64,000 nt of DNA from Bacteroidales bacterium. Its GTDB lineage: Bacteria; Bacteroidota; Bacteroidia; Bacteroidales; UBA932. The stretch's first letter is position 1. The number at the start of each line of letters is the position of its first letter. Made by a program: the position numbers and the translations under genes. Shown here in pieces: positions 12,419 through 21,498 of the stretch. The DNA is taken from assembly GCA_017962235.1 (NCBI GenBank), contig JAGCVS010000013.1, forward strand, positions 54,418-118,417. The letters run 5' to 3'. The notes under the pieces were generated by a model that ran no database searches, had not been told where the DNA came from, and saw only the letters and a list, made by a program, of their open reading frames with translations.

Positions 12419-13090
12419 ATGGGCGGTCGTAAAAAATATGCGATAATAGTGGCGGCAGGCAGCGGAACCCGCATGGGGGGAGACACTCCCAAGCAGTTCC
12501 TGAACATAGGCGGCAAGCCCATCCTGCGCCACACCATAGAGCGGTTTCAGCAGCTCTCCTTCCCCGTGGGGATAATTGTTGTGGTGAATCAGGAGAAGAA
12601 GGATTTCTGGAAGCAGTATTGCACCGACACCGGCTTTCTGGAACGCTACGCGATACCCTCCGGCGGCATCACCCGCTTCCATTCCGTGGCAAATGCCCTC
12701 TCTTACCTGCCGGACGATACGGTGGTGGCCATCCACGACGGCGTACGCCCCTTTGTGACCCCCGAATTCCTGGAGCGGATGTTCGAGGCAGGCGAGCAGC
12801 TGGGCAACGCGGTGCCGGCATGCCCTCCGGTGGAAACGGTGCGCGAGGTGAGCGGCCCGGAGAGCTATGTGCTCAAGCGGGACGACATCCGCCTGATACA
12901 GACTCCGCAGGTGTTCCGCAGCGAAGTGATAAAGGCAGCCTACAAACTCCCTTACGATCCCTCTTATACAGACGACGCCTCTGTGGTGGAGGCGGCCGGC
13001 TACCGTATTAACCTGGTGGAGGGGCTGCGCTTCAACACCAAGATCACCACTCCTGAAGATTTGGAGATTGCGCGGCTGCGGCTGTTATAA
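12419..13090 (+). CDS. ispD: 2-C-methyl-D-erythritol 4-phosphate cytidylyltransferase
   Basis: 223 aa. N-terminal VAAGSGTRMGGDTPKQFL signature of IspD. Confidence 0.9.
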   Translation: MGGRKKYAIIVAAGSGTRMGGDTPKQFLNIGGKPILRHTIERFQQLSFPVGIIVVVNQEKKDFWKQYCTDTGFLERYAIPSGGITRFHSVANALSYLPDDTVVAIHDGVRPFVTPEFLERMFEAGEQLGNAVPACPPVETVREVSGPESYVLKRDDIRLIQTPQVFRSEVIKAAYKLPYDPSYTDDASVVEAAGYRINLVEGLRFNTKITTPEDLEIARLRLL

Positions 13091-13159
13091 ATCGCACCGT
13101 CCTGCATTTAATAAAGCGACGGGGGAGAACGCGCCCCATTTATGTAGAAAGAAACAGTG

Positions 13160-15571
13160 ATGAAGAGATTTTTGTCGATTTTATTCCTTTTATGTGTCAG
13201 TATCGCCGCATTCCCGCAGAAAGTCACGGTGAGCGGCTATATTTCCGATGCCGGCAGCGGCGAGATGCTTATCGGCGCCGGCGTGGTGTATAACAACCCC
13301 AATCCGTCCGCGTCTGTAGTAGGTGCCGTTGCAAACAATTACGGATTCTATACCCTGAGCCTGCCGGCGGGCGAGCGGTCCGTCACCTGGTCTTACATCG
13401 GCTATGCAGAGCAGACGGAAACCATCATGCTGCGCCGCGATACAGTGATAAACATCCGCCTGGTGCCGTCGGCACAAATCAAAGAGGCGGTGGTTACGGC
13501 GCGCAAGGAGGCGGGCATCAACTCCACCAACACCGGTGCGTTGGAGGTGCCGCAGTACGCGCTGGAAAGCATGCCGGCGCTGTTCGGAGAGAAGGACGTG
13601 CTCAAGTCGCTGCAGTATCTGCCGGGTGTGCAGAGCGGCGTTACGGGTACTTCCGGCATATATGTGCGCGGCGGCGGTCCGGACGAGAACCTGATTCTGC
13701 TGGACGATATCCCGCTGTACAGCGTGAGCCACATGATGGGCATCTTCTCTGTGTTCACCCCGGAGGCGGTGAAGAAGGTGACGCTGTTCAAGGGCTCTTT
13801 CCCCGCCCGCTACGGCGGCCGCCTCTCTTCTGTGATTGACGTGCGCACCAACGACGGCAACATGAAGGAGACCCACGGCCTGATAAGCGTGGGCATGCTC
13901 TCAGACCGCGTGCATCTGGAGGGCCCCATCGTTTACGACAAGACATCATATTCCATAAGCGGGCGAGTGCTGCACTCCTTCCTGTTCACCCCGATACTCA
14001 AGCTGTACGATATTCCGGCAAACTACTATTTCTACGACCTTAACGGCAAGATAACCCACAAGTTTGACAATGGCGACCGCCTGATAGGCAGCATTTACCA
14101 CGGGCGCGACCGGTTCCTGGTGAACACGACGGATAAAGAGGAATACGATTACGGAGAAGGTCTGGTAGAGAGCAACAACCTCACCAAGATCAATCTGGAC
14201 TGGGGCAACAGCGTGGCGGCCCTCAGGTGGAACCACGCCATAGGGAGCAAGCTGTTTGCCAACACCACACTGGCATACAACCACTACGAGATGGATATCT
14301 CCGCCGGCTACCGATATCTGCGCAAGATTAATAATGTGGAGTCGCTGGAGAAGATGGAAATCAAATACGATTCCGGCATAAACGACGTGGATCTCAAGGT
14401 CGATTTTGACTACAACCCGGTTCCGGAGCATCTGGTAAAATTCGGTGCGGAGTATATCTACCACAACTTCCGTCCGCAGTCGGCAACTCTCTCACAGAAA
14501 GAGACGGAGGGCAAGGAGACCATCATTGATACCACCATGAAGATGGCTTCCGGAGGCACTCTGGTGGGGCATGAGGGGTCGCTCTACATAGAAGATGACT
14601 TTGTGATAGGGAAAAGGCTGTCGTTCAATCCGGGCGTGCACCTGAGCCTGTTCCACACCCAGGGCAAGACTTACGCTTCGCTGCAGCCGCGCTTCTCCGG
14701 AAGGGTGGATATCGGCGGCGGTGTCAGCGTAAAAGCCTCTTACGCCCGCATGTCGCAGTATGTGCATCTGCTCTCTTCCACGGATATATCGCTCCCCACC
14801 GACCTGTGGGTCCCCATCACCAAGAACATCAAGCCCGAGACGGCCAATCAGTGGTCGCTGGGCACCTATTGGGACGGCCCGCACGGCTGGGAGATATCGG
14901 TTGAAGGATATTACAAGAACATGAACAACATCCTTGAATATAAGGACGGCATGTCGGTAATCATCACCTCCACCGGCTGGGAAGACAAGGTGGCCATGGG
15001 TATCGGCCGCGCATACGGCATGGAGGTGTTCATCCAGAAAAAGACCGGCGCCACCACCGGATGGCTGGGATATACGCTGGCCAAGAGCGAGCGGCGCTTC
15101 CCCGACGGCAGCATAAACCGCGGCGACTGGTTCCCCTTCAAATACGACCGCCGGCACGACGTGAGCCTGGTGCTCAATCACAAGTTCAACAAGAGGATAG
15201 ATGTCTCCGGCAGCTGGAAGTTCTTCACCGGCGGCGTCACCACCCTCACCACCCGCATGTTCACCGTTACCCCGCCGGACGGATACAGCTCCACCGTGGA
15301 TTATGTATCATCCCGCGGCAACTACCGCCTGCCGCCGTCGCACACGCTGAACCTCGGCATCAACTTCCACCGCCAGAAGCGGCGCGGAGAAAGGGTCTGG
15401 AACATAAGCGTATACAACGTATACAACAACATGAATCCGGACTTCATATACAAAGACCGCACTGTGGAATATGACCCTGTTACATGGACTCCCAAGAAAG
15501 AGGGTATAAAGGTTTCCAAGATAACCATCCTGCCTGTCCTGCCTTCATTCAGTTACACCCGTAAATTCTAA
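13160..15571 (+). CDS. TonB-dependent outer-membrane receptor with N-terminal CarboxypepD_reg-like domain
   Basis: About 803 aa. The ORF track starts at GTG 13157; an ATG follows at 13160. Signal peptide MKRFLSILFLLCVSIAAFPQ, then KVTVSGYISDAGSGEML (carboxypeptidase-regulatory-like fold). Plug region includes LQYLPGVQS...GIYVRGGGPDENLILLDDIPLY. Beta-barrel ends in an aromatic residue (...YTRKF). Confidence 0.85.
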   Translation: MKRFLSILFLLCVSIAAFPQKVTVSGYISDAGSGEMLIGAGVVYNNPNPSASVVGAVANNYGFYTLSLPAGERSVTWSYIGYAEQTETIMLRRDTVINIRLVPSAQIKEAVVTARKEAGINSTNTGALEVPQYALESMPALFGEKDVLKSLQYLPGVQSGVTGTSGIYVRGGGPDENLILLDDIPLYSVSHMMGIFSVFTPEAVKKVTLFKGSFPARYGGRLSSVIDVRTNDGNMKETHGLISVGMLSDRVHLEGPIVYDKTSYSISGRVLHSFLFTPILKLYDIPANYYFYDLNGKITHKFDNGDRLIGSIYHGRDRFLVNTTDKEEYDYGEGLVESNNLTKINLDWGNSVAALRWNHAIGSKLFANTTLAYNHYEMDISAGYRYLRKINNVESLEKMEIKYDSGINDVDLKVDFDYNPVPEHLVKFGAEYIYHNFRPQSATLSQKETEGKETIIDTTMKMASGGTLVGHEGSLYIEDDFVIGKRLSFNPGVHLSLFHTQGKTYASLQPRFSGRVDIGGGVSVKASYARMSQYVHLLSSTDISLPTDLWVPITKNIKPETANQWSLGTYWDGPHGWEISVEGYYKNMNNILEYKDGMSVIITSTGWEDKVAMGIGRAYGMEVFIQKKTGATTGWLGYTLAKSERRFPDGSINRGDWFPFKYDRRHDVSLVLNHKFNKRIDVSGSWKFFTGGVTTLTTRMFTVTPPDGYSSTVDYVSSRGNYRLPPSHTLNLGINFHRQKRRGERVWNISVYNVYNNMNPDFIYKDRTVEYDPVTWTPKKEGIKVSKITILPVLPSFSYTRKF

Positions 15572-15577
15572 GCTGCC

Positions 15578-16606
15578 ATGAGAAGATTTATTATTAAAGC
15601 GATGATGATTGCGGCTGTGATGATGCCGCTGGCTGCCTGCGAGAACGAGATTGAAACAATCTGGAGCAGCGACAATATGCCCAGGCTGGTGCTGAATGCC
15701 CAGATAATGCAGGATGAGACCGAACACACGGTGCGCGTTTTCTGCAGCAAGTTCAGCCGCAGCGAACCTATGGCGGCAGAAGTGACCGTAACTCTGAATT
15801 CCAAGGCGGTAAAAGTTACGCATGTGGTTATAGAAGAGGAAGAAGGTATGGAAGGTTTAGGCGGGGAAGAGAGCGGCAGGTATACTTTCCAGGCTCAGCT
15901 GTCACCCGGCGACCGGCTGGAGTTCAAGGCGCATGCCATGGGTCTTACCGCCACCGCCGTGGCGGAAGTGCCAGTGGCCGTTGGTGAAATCACCAAGGTA
16001 GAGGTTTCGGAGGTCACCGTTGAGAATATGTTTGACAGCGAGAAGGAACACCGCGTACAGGACGCCATCACCTTCAAGGACCATAAAGGTGAACTGGACT
16101 ACTACATGCTGATAATGGAAGATGTTTACAAGCACCTTGATGCCGGCGGCAATGTGGTAGATGAATATGTACACAAGGTAAACATGGACACAGCTCTGGA
16201 TAAGGTGCTTAACCCCATGGGGGCGGAGGCTGCCGAACTGCTTGGCTACGACAACGACTTCAACGTATTCACAGACGAGATGTTTGCCGACGGTGAATAC
16301 ACCTTCAAGATACTGGCCAGCAAATGGGACTATTTCGGCGGTAACTGGCTCGAATTCTGGGAGGCCTTTGAAGAGGGCGACACATACGCCATTGACCGCC
16401 GGTACAAGATTTACACGCTGGGCTTTGACGAATTCCTCTATCTGAAAGCAATCTCTGCCGCTTACAACGACATCGGCTTTATGACGGAGCCGATGATTTA
16501 TCCCGAGAATGTCACGGGCGGCCTTGGCTTCGTGGCCGCAATCTCCCCCATCGATTGGGTCACCCCCGGTACCCCGATCCCGTTCACGGGAGAGATTCCG
16601 ATGTAA
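15578..16606 (+). CDS. Lipoprotein partner of the TonB-dependent receptor (DUF4249-like)
   Basis: 342 aa with a lipoprotein signal ...MMPLAAC. It starts 6 nt after the receptor stop. The family name is recalled from the typical receptor + DUF4249 pairing and has not been searched. Confidence 0.6.
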   Translation: MRRFIIKAMMIAAVMMPLAACENEIETIWSSDNMPRLVLNAQIMQDETEHTVRVFCSKFSRSEPMAAEVTVTLNSKAVKVTHVVIEEEEGMEGLGGEESGRYTFQAQLSPGDRLEFKAHAMGLTATAVAEVPVAVGEITKVEVSEVTVENMFDSEKEHRVQDAITFKDHKGELDYYMLIMEDVYKHLDAGGNVVDEYVHKVNMDTALDKVLNPMGAEAAELLGYDNDFNVFTDEMFADGEYTFKILASKWDYFGGNWLEFWEAFEEGDTYAIDRRYKIYTLGFDEFLYLKAISAAYNDIGFMTEPMIYPENVTGGLGFVAAISPIDWVTPGTPIPFTGEIPM

Positions 16607-16643
16607 AAAGAAGCCCGGCGTTTTCAGCGCCGGGCTTCTTTTT
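16605..16643. terminator. Bidirectional rho-independent terminator between convergent genes
   Basis: A perfect 16-bp stem, aaaaagaagcccggcg / cgccgggcttcttttt, with a 7-nt loop. It has an A-run on one side and a T-run on the other. Confidence 0.85.
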
Positions 16644-16658
16644 GACAACCGTGTGGGG

Positions 16659-17483
16659 TTAGTACTTTATGTTAACCCAGGGCAGTGCGTTTTTGAGAGC
16701 CTTCTTGGCTGCGACGGGGATGTCGGTGCATACTGCATCGGCGCCCAGGGATACGCCAAGGGCGATGTCTGCAACGTTGTCGGAGGGCCACAGAACAACG
16801 GCGATACCAGCGTTGTGAGCCTTCTCAACGGCATCGCGGCTGGTGCCTGCCATGGTTGCATTGAGGCGCTTCAGACCCAGTTCCTTTACCTTGGTGATAG
16901 TAGCGTTGTTCACCGGCTCTGCGGTAATGTAAGCCAGATTGGTCTCGGAGAACTTATCCCTGAGGAACATGAGAGGGCGGGGGTCAAAAGAGGTGATGAT
17001 GAATGTGGAACCCATCGGCTTGGTGGCCATGATCTTGTGGTAGAGGGATTCGCACATGGGCTCCAGTATCTCGGTGGGATAAAGGGCTTCGTCTGTCTTG
17101 AGTTCGAACTCGAAATACTCAATGTCACCTTTCTTTACAATCCACTCCAGAAGTTCCGGGAGGAAGAGGATTTTGCTCTTGCCCACGCGGAGGTTCTTGA
17201 GGTCCTTTGCAAGGGTGGTCTCTACATTGCCTTCCATCTTGGGGAAAGCTTCCAGGGAGCTGTCGTGCATTACCACGAGGTTGCCGTCCTTGGTCATGCG
17301 GATGTCGCACTCAAAGCTGCGGTAGCCCGCCTTGTATGCTGCATTGAAAGCAGAGAGGGTGTTCTCGTCAAACTCCGCCTTGCCGCCGCGGTGCGCGAAC
17401 AGCCTTACGGAAGGAGTCTCTTCCTGAGCGTAGGTGGCGATGGCCATAAGTGCCATCAGGCAAATCATAAGGGTTCTTTTCAT
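16659..17483 (-). CDS. Secreted glycerophosphodiester phosphodiesterase (GDPD family)
   Basis: 274 aa with a signal peptide. FAHRGG...FDENT and ECDIRMTKDGNLVVMHD motifs are typical of GlpQ/UgpQ-type enzymes. Confidence 0.85.
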   Translation of the reverse strand: MKRTLMICLMALMAIATYAQEETPSVRLFAHRGGKAEFDENTLSAFNAAYKAGYRSFECDIRMTKDGNLVVMHDSSLEAFPKMEGNVETTLAKDLKNLRVGKSKILFLPELLEWIVKKGDIEYFEFELKTDEALYPTEILEPMCESLYHKIMATKPMGSTFIITSFDPRPLMFLRDKFSETNLAYITAEPVNNATITKVKELGLKRLNATMAGTSRDAVEKAHNAGIAVVLWPSDNVADIALGVSLGADAVCTDIPVAAKKALKNALPWVNIKY

Positions 17484-17504
17484 AGCGTTATGTGTTTTAT
17501 ATTT

Positions 17505-18281
17505 TTATATAGATTCTTTCAGAAGCTGTCTTCTCTTCTTGCGGGCCTCACGGGCTGCCTTGCCGCGGTCTTTGTTCTTTTCCAGTGACTTGTAAAAAGG
17601 TTCGCGGAACTTCTCCGGGATAAAGATCTCCGGACGCTTTTTGCCAAACAGGAACATGTACAGCTCATCGTATTCGCCGTAGTGCCATGCAATGCAAAGC
17701 TGCTCCAGGTCGGCATCCTCCCCCTCGGGGTCATAGCGCTGCTTGATATCCCCTTTGAACAGTTTGGCCACCCCCTGCCAGAAACCGGCGTTCACCGACC
17801 CCAGATACTTCTTGATTATGTAATACGGGGGCATCCCCACCTCGCGGTCCACCAGACGGATCATCATCATGCCCTGACTCAGCGTGAGCTCTTTGAAGAT
17901 AGGTTCAAAGTTGTTGAGGAGCTCGTCTTTAATGCTGGCCAGATACTTGTCCTGCTCTCTCTCCGAGTAGTTGCGTGCGGCAAACAGACTGTCGGTCTCG
18001 CGGATGGTCTGTGCTATGAACAGTGCATACGGATATGCCTTGCTAAAGTTGTGTACCCTGCGTGCGTATGAGCGCCATTCGCGCTTGTTCAGATACTTTT
18101 TGGGATGGATGCGGGCGGGGGTTATCTCGTCCACAAAAATGGTGTCCCCCCTCTCATCTATCTCGTACCGCAGGATATCCTTCTGAGGCGGGCGGCTCTG
18201 CGCAAAAGCGCACGGGAACGCCGTCAGAACGCCGAGAAAAACCAGCGCAATGCGGATTAATATGGTACGATTCATAGTCAT
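17505..18281 (-). CDS. Secreted hypothetical protein (DUF4294-like)
   Basis: The ORF track starts at 18305 and overlaps the radA 3' end. The ATG at 18279-18281 (MTMNRTILIRIALVFLG...) gives a clean signal peptide and no overlap. The family name is recalled from LTLSQGMMMIRLVDREVGMPPYYIIKKY, so certainty is low. Confidence 0.5.
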   Translation of the reverse strand: MTMNRTILIRIALVFLGVLTAFPCAFAQSRPPQKDILRYEIDERGDTIFVDEITPARIHPKKYLNKREWRSYARRVHNFSKAYPYALFIAQTIRETDSLFAARNYSEREQDKYLASIKDELLNNFEPIFKELTLSQGMMMIRLVDREVGMPPYYIIKKYLGSVNAGFWQGVAKLFKGDIKQRYDPEGEDADLEQLCIAWHYGEYDELYMFLFGKKRPEIFIPEKFREPFYKSLEKNKDRGKAAREARKKRRQLLKESI

Positions 18282-18283
18282 AT

Positions 18284-19657
18284 CTATTTGAATACAAGCC
18301 TGCAAAGGGCAGGTATATCCGCCACAGGTACAACTTCAATGCCATTTTGAGAAAACGACCCCTCCTTGTTGAAAGAGGAGATGTATATCTTCTTGAATCC
18401 GATCTTCTCCGCCTCCGCTATGCGGCGCTGTATCTGGCTCACCGGACGCAGCTCCCCGCTGAGGCCGATTTCTGCGCAGAAACAGCTGTCCAGAGGCACA
18501 CTGATGTCAAAATTGCTGGCCAGAATGGCCACTGCCACCGCCATGTCACACGCCGGGTCGGTGACCTTGAGACCGCCCGCCACGTTCAGGAATACATCCT
18601 TGGCGGCCAGTTTGAAACCGGCGCGCTTTTCGAGTACCGCCAGCAGCATGTTCATGCGGCGGGCGTCGAATCCGTTGGCGTTGCGCTGCGGCATACCGTA
18701 GGCAGCCGTGCTCACCAGCGCCTGGATCTCTATCATGAAGGGGCGCGTGCCGTCCATTACGGAGGCGATGGCGATGCCGCTCAAATCGTCCTGATGCATC
18801 GGAATCAGTATCTCGGAAGGATTCAGCACCTCGCGCAGTCCGGCACCCGTCATCTCGAACACCGCCAGCTCAGCAGTGCTGCCAAAGCGGTTCTTTATGC
18901 TGCGCAGCAGACGATATGCCCCGCGGGTGTCTCCCTCGAACTGCAGCACCACGTCCACGATGTGCTCCAGCACCTTGGGCCCTGCAATGGTGCCGTCTTT
19001 GGTGATGTGACCTATGAGAATCACCGGGGTGCCGGTCTCCTTGGCGTAACGCAGCAGCCGGGCGGCACACTCGCGCACCTGTGACACGCTGCCTGCGGAG
19101 GAATCCAGCGCCTCGCTGTATATGGTCTGTATGGAATCTATCACCAGCAGGTCGGGAGCCGCAGCCACCGCCTGGTCCAGTATATTCTCAAGGATAGTCT
19201 CAGAGAGGATGCTGCAGGAAGAGGCATCGCCCCCCAGCCGCATGGCGCGCATCTTTATCTGACGCGGACTCTCCTCACCCGACACGTAGAGCGTCTTGAG
19301 CGACGGGCACACCAGCGGTATCTGCAGCGCAAGGGTCGATTTGCCGATGCCGGGTTCGCCCCCCAGCAGAATCATGGAACCCTCCACCATGCCGCCGCCA
19401 AGCAGGCGATCCACCTCGTGAAGGCCGATGGAGAAGCGGTTCTCCGTGGTGAGGGATATCTCCTGCAGCGGCTGCGGACGGGCATCGGAAGCGGTGGCCA
19501 CAAACGCCCTGCTGCGGGCGCCGGAAGTGGCTTTTTTCTCCCGCTTGGGCTCTTCCACCATAGTGTTACACTCGCCGCACGCCGGACAGCGCCCCATCCA
19601 TTTGGGACTTTCATTGCCACATGACGTGCAATACCAAACTGTCTTGTTCGCTGCCAT
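18284..19657 (-). CDS. radA: DNA repair protein RadA/Sms
   Basis: 457 aa. N-terminal zinc ribbon CTSCGNESPKWMGRCPACGE, Walker A GGEPGIGKST, KNRFG motif (IKNRFG), Lon-like C-terminal domain. Confidence 0.95.
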   Translation of the reverse strand: MAANKTVWYCTSCGNESPKWMGRCPACGECNTMVEEPKREKKATSGARSRAFVATASDARPQPLQEISLTTENRFSIGLHEVDRLLGGGMVEGSMILLGGEPGIGKSTLALQIPLVCPSLKTLYVSGEESPRQIKMRAMRLGGDASSCSILSETILENILDQAVAAAPDLLVIDSIQTIYSEALDSSAGSVSQVRECAARLLRYAKETGTPVILIGHITKDGTIAGPKVLEHIVDVVLQFEGDTRGAYRLLRSIKNRFGSTAELAVFEMTGAGLREVLNPSEILIPMHQDDLSGIAIASVMDGTRPFMIEIQALVSTAAYGMPQRNANGFDARRMNMLLAVLEKRAGFKLAAKDVFLNVAGGLKVTDPACDMAVAVAILASNFDISVPLDSCFCAEIGLSGELRPVSQIQRRIAEAEKIGFKKIYISSFNKEGSFSQNGIEVVPVADIPALCRLVFK

Positions 19658-19660
19658 CCA

Positions 19661-20515
19661 CTACTTTTTTACTACTATGAAACGGTCTTTGCCGTTTATA
19701 TCCTGTATTAAGGCTGCGCCTGTGAAAAGGGCTGCCGTCTCCTCGCCAAAGCGTTCGTTTATCTCCAGCCAGAGGCTGCCGTTATCCTTGAGCAGGGCGT
19801 CGGCCCAGACAGCTACGGCACGATAGTATGCCAGCGGGTCATCGTCGCTCACAAACAGCGCCAGCTCCGGCTCCCAGTCCAGCACGTTGGGGCGCATTGC
19901 CCCCTTCTCGCTCTCAGTTACATAAGGCGGATTGCTCACAATCAGGTCAAACTTGGGCAGACCTGCCGGCGGCGCCTGCATTACGTCCGCCTTGAAGATT
20001 ACCGGCCGCGCCCCGTGCAGTTTCACCCGCTGACGGGAGGCATAGCGCAGCGCATCGTCGCTGATGTCGCAGCCGTATACGTGCGCCTCTGGAAACTCCG
20101 AGGCAAAGGCGTATGCCAGCGCGCCGCTGCCGGTGCATATATCCAGTATGTTGAAAGAGTCGTCTTCGCTGGCGGACATCAGATTGTCGCAATCCTCGGC
20201 CGCAAGTTCGTAAAGCTGCTCCGTTTCGGGGCGGGGAATCAGCACCCCGCTGCCCACCCTGATACGCAGCCCGGCAAACCAGGTGTAACCCAGCACATAC
20301 TGCATGGGTTCGCCCGCCGCCAGACGCTTTGCTGCGTCTTCCAGAAGGGCCTCTTTATCAGCATCCACCTCCGTTTCCGGTTCGCTCAGATGCTTGTATT
20401 CCGGCACCGACAGCAGCCCGGTAACGGTGCGCACCGCAATGGCGTGCGCCTCCTCCCTGGGGTAGAGAGCCTCAAGGGATGCGGTGATGCTGTCTATGTG
20501 TGCCTTGAGCGTCAT
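19661..20515 (-). CDS. prmC: Release-factor glutamine N5-methyltransferase
   Basis: Start placed at the internal ATG (20513-20515; MTLKAHIDSI...), which forms an ATGA overlap with the ddl stop. NPPY catalytic motif (VSNPPYV). The 83 upstream codons of the track ORF lie inside ddl and are R/H/P-rich. Confidence 0.85.
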   Translation of the reverse strand: MTLKAHIDSITASLEALYPREEAHAIAVRTVTGLLSVPEYKHLSEPETEVDADKEALLEDAAKRLAAGEPMQYVLGYTWFAGLRIRVGSGVLIPRPETEQLYELAAEDCDNLMSASEDDSFNILDICTGSGALAYAFASEFPEAHVYGCDISDDALRYASRQRVKLHGARPVIFKADVMQAPPAGLPKFDLIVSNPPYVTESEKGAMRPNVLDWEPELALFVSDDDPLAYYRAVAVWADALLKDNGSLWLEINERFGEETAALFTGAALIQDINGKDRFIVVKK

Positions 20516-21489
20516 TTTGCAAGGGCGTTCTCTATGATGGCGGTGATGAAGCTGGTCATGTCGCAGCCCGCAACGCGCACCATCTTGGGCACCAGACTCA
20601 TGCGGGTCATGCCGGGGGTGGCGTTGATCTCCAGGAAGTATACTCCGTCTTCGCCGGCTATGTAATCTATGCGAATCAGGCCGGTGGCTCCCAGGTGGGC
20701 GTAAATCTTTTTGGTGCAGCGGGTCACCTCTTCTGCCAGGCTCTCCGGTATCGGGGCGGGGCATATCTCCTCGCTCTTGCCGTTGTACTTGGCGTCATAG
20801 TCGAAATATTCGTTGGTGGTGACGATTTCAGTTATGGGGAGAGGTATGGCACGGCCGCCGTCCATATAGATGGCCTGGGTGATTTCGCGACCGGTTATCG
20901 CGCTCTCTATGAGGATGGTGTCGCTCTCGCCGAAGGCGTAGTCTATCGCCTCGGGCAGCTGCGAAACCGCCTTCACCTTTGTCACGCCAAAACTGCTGCC
21001 GCCGTCGGAGGGCTTCACAAACAGCGGGAGGCCCAGCTTGGCAACTATCGCATCCGCATCGTAGCTCTCGCCCTTGCGCAGATACACGTCGTTTGCCATC
21101 TTGACCCCTGTGTCGGCCAGCAGCCTCTTGCAGGAATATTTGTTGAAGGCGATGGTGCAGAAGAAAGAAGAGCAGGTGGTTACCGGAATCCCCATCATCT
21201 CGAAATAGCCCTGAAGCAGGCCGTTCTCGCCGGGGATGCCGTGAATCATGATGCACGCCACATCGTATTTGACGCCGTTACATGAGAAATCGCCCTTGTC
21301 CACAACGCCCAGCACCTTCATCTGCTCACCTTCCCACTCTACAAGCTGCCAGTTGTCTGTGTTGAACAGAATCTCGTAAACGTTGTATTTCTCCCTGTCT
21401 ATAACAGAGGCGACATATCTGCCGCTAAGTATAGATATCGGACGCTCAGAAGAGGGTCCTCCGTAAATTACAGCAATATTTTTCTTCAT
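20512..21489 (-). CDS. ddl: D-alanine--D-alanine ligase
   Basis: 325 aa with an ATP-grasp fold. N-terminus KKNIAVIYGGPSSER and C-terminal part YFLEINATPGMT. Confidence 0.9.
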   Translation of the reverse strand: MKKNIAVIYGGPSSERPISILSGRYVASVIDREKYNVYEILFNTDNWQLVEWEGEQMKVLGVVDKGDFSCNGVKYDVACIMIHGIPGENGLLQGYFEMMGIPVTTCSSFFCTIAFNKYSCKRLLADTGVKMANDVYLRKGESYDADAIVAKLGLPLFVKPSDGGSSFGVTKVKAVSQLPEAIDYAFGESDTILIESAITGREITQAIYMDGGRAIPLPITEIVTTNEYFDYDAKYNGKSEEICPAPIPESLAEEVTRCTKKIYAHLGATGLIRIDYIAGEDGVYFLEINATPGMTRMSLVPKMVRVAGCDMTSFITAIIENALAK

Positions 21490-21498
21490 AAATCCCTA

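Noticed and set aside
16509-17588. 359-aa plus-strand ORF
   Set aside because: It is antisense to the GDPD gene and spans a strong terminator.
20516-20764. 83-codon N-terminal extension of the prmC ORF
   Set aside because: The extension overlaps the ddl coding region and is R/H/P-rich. The internal ATG gives a canonical PrmC N-terminus and an ATGA overlap with the ddl stop.
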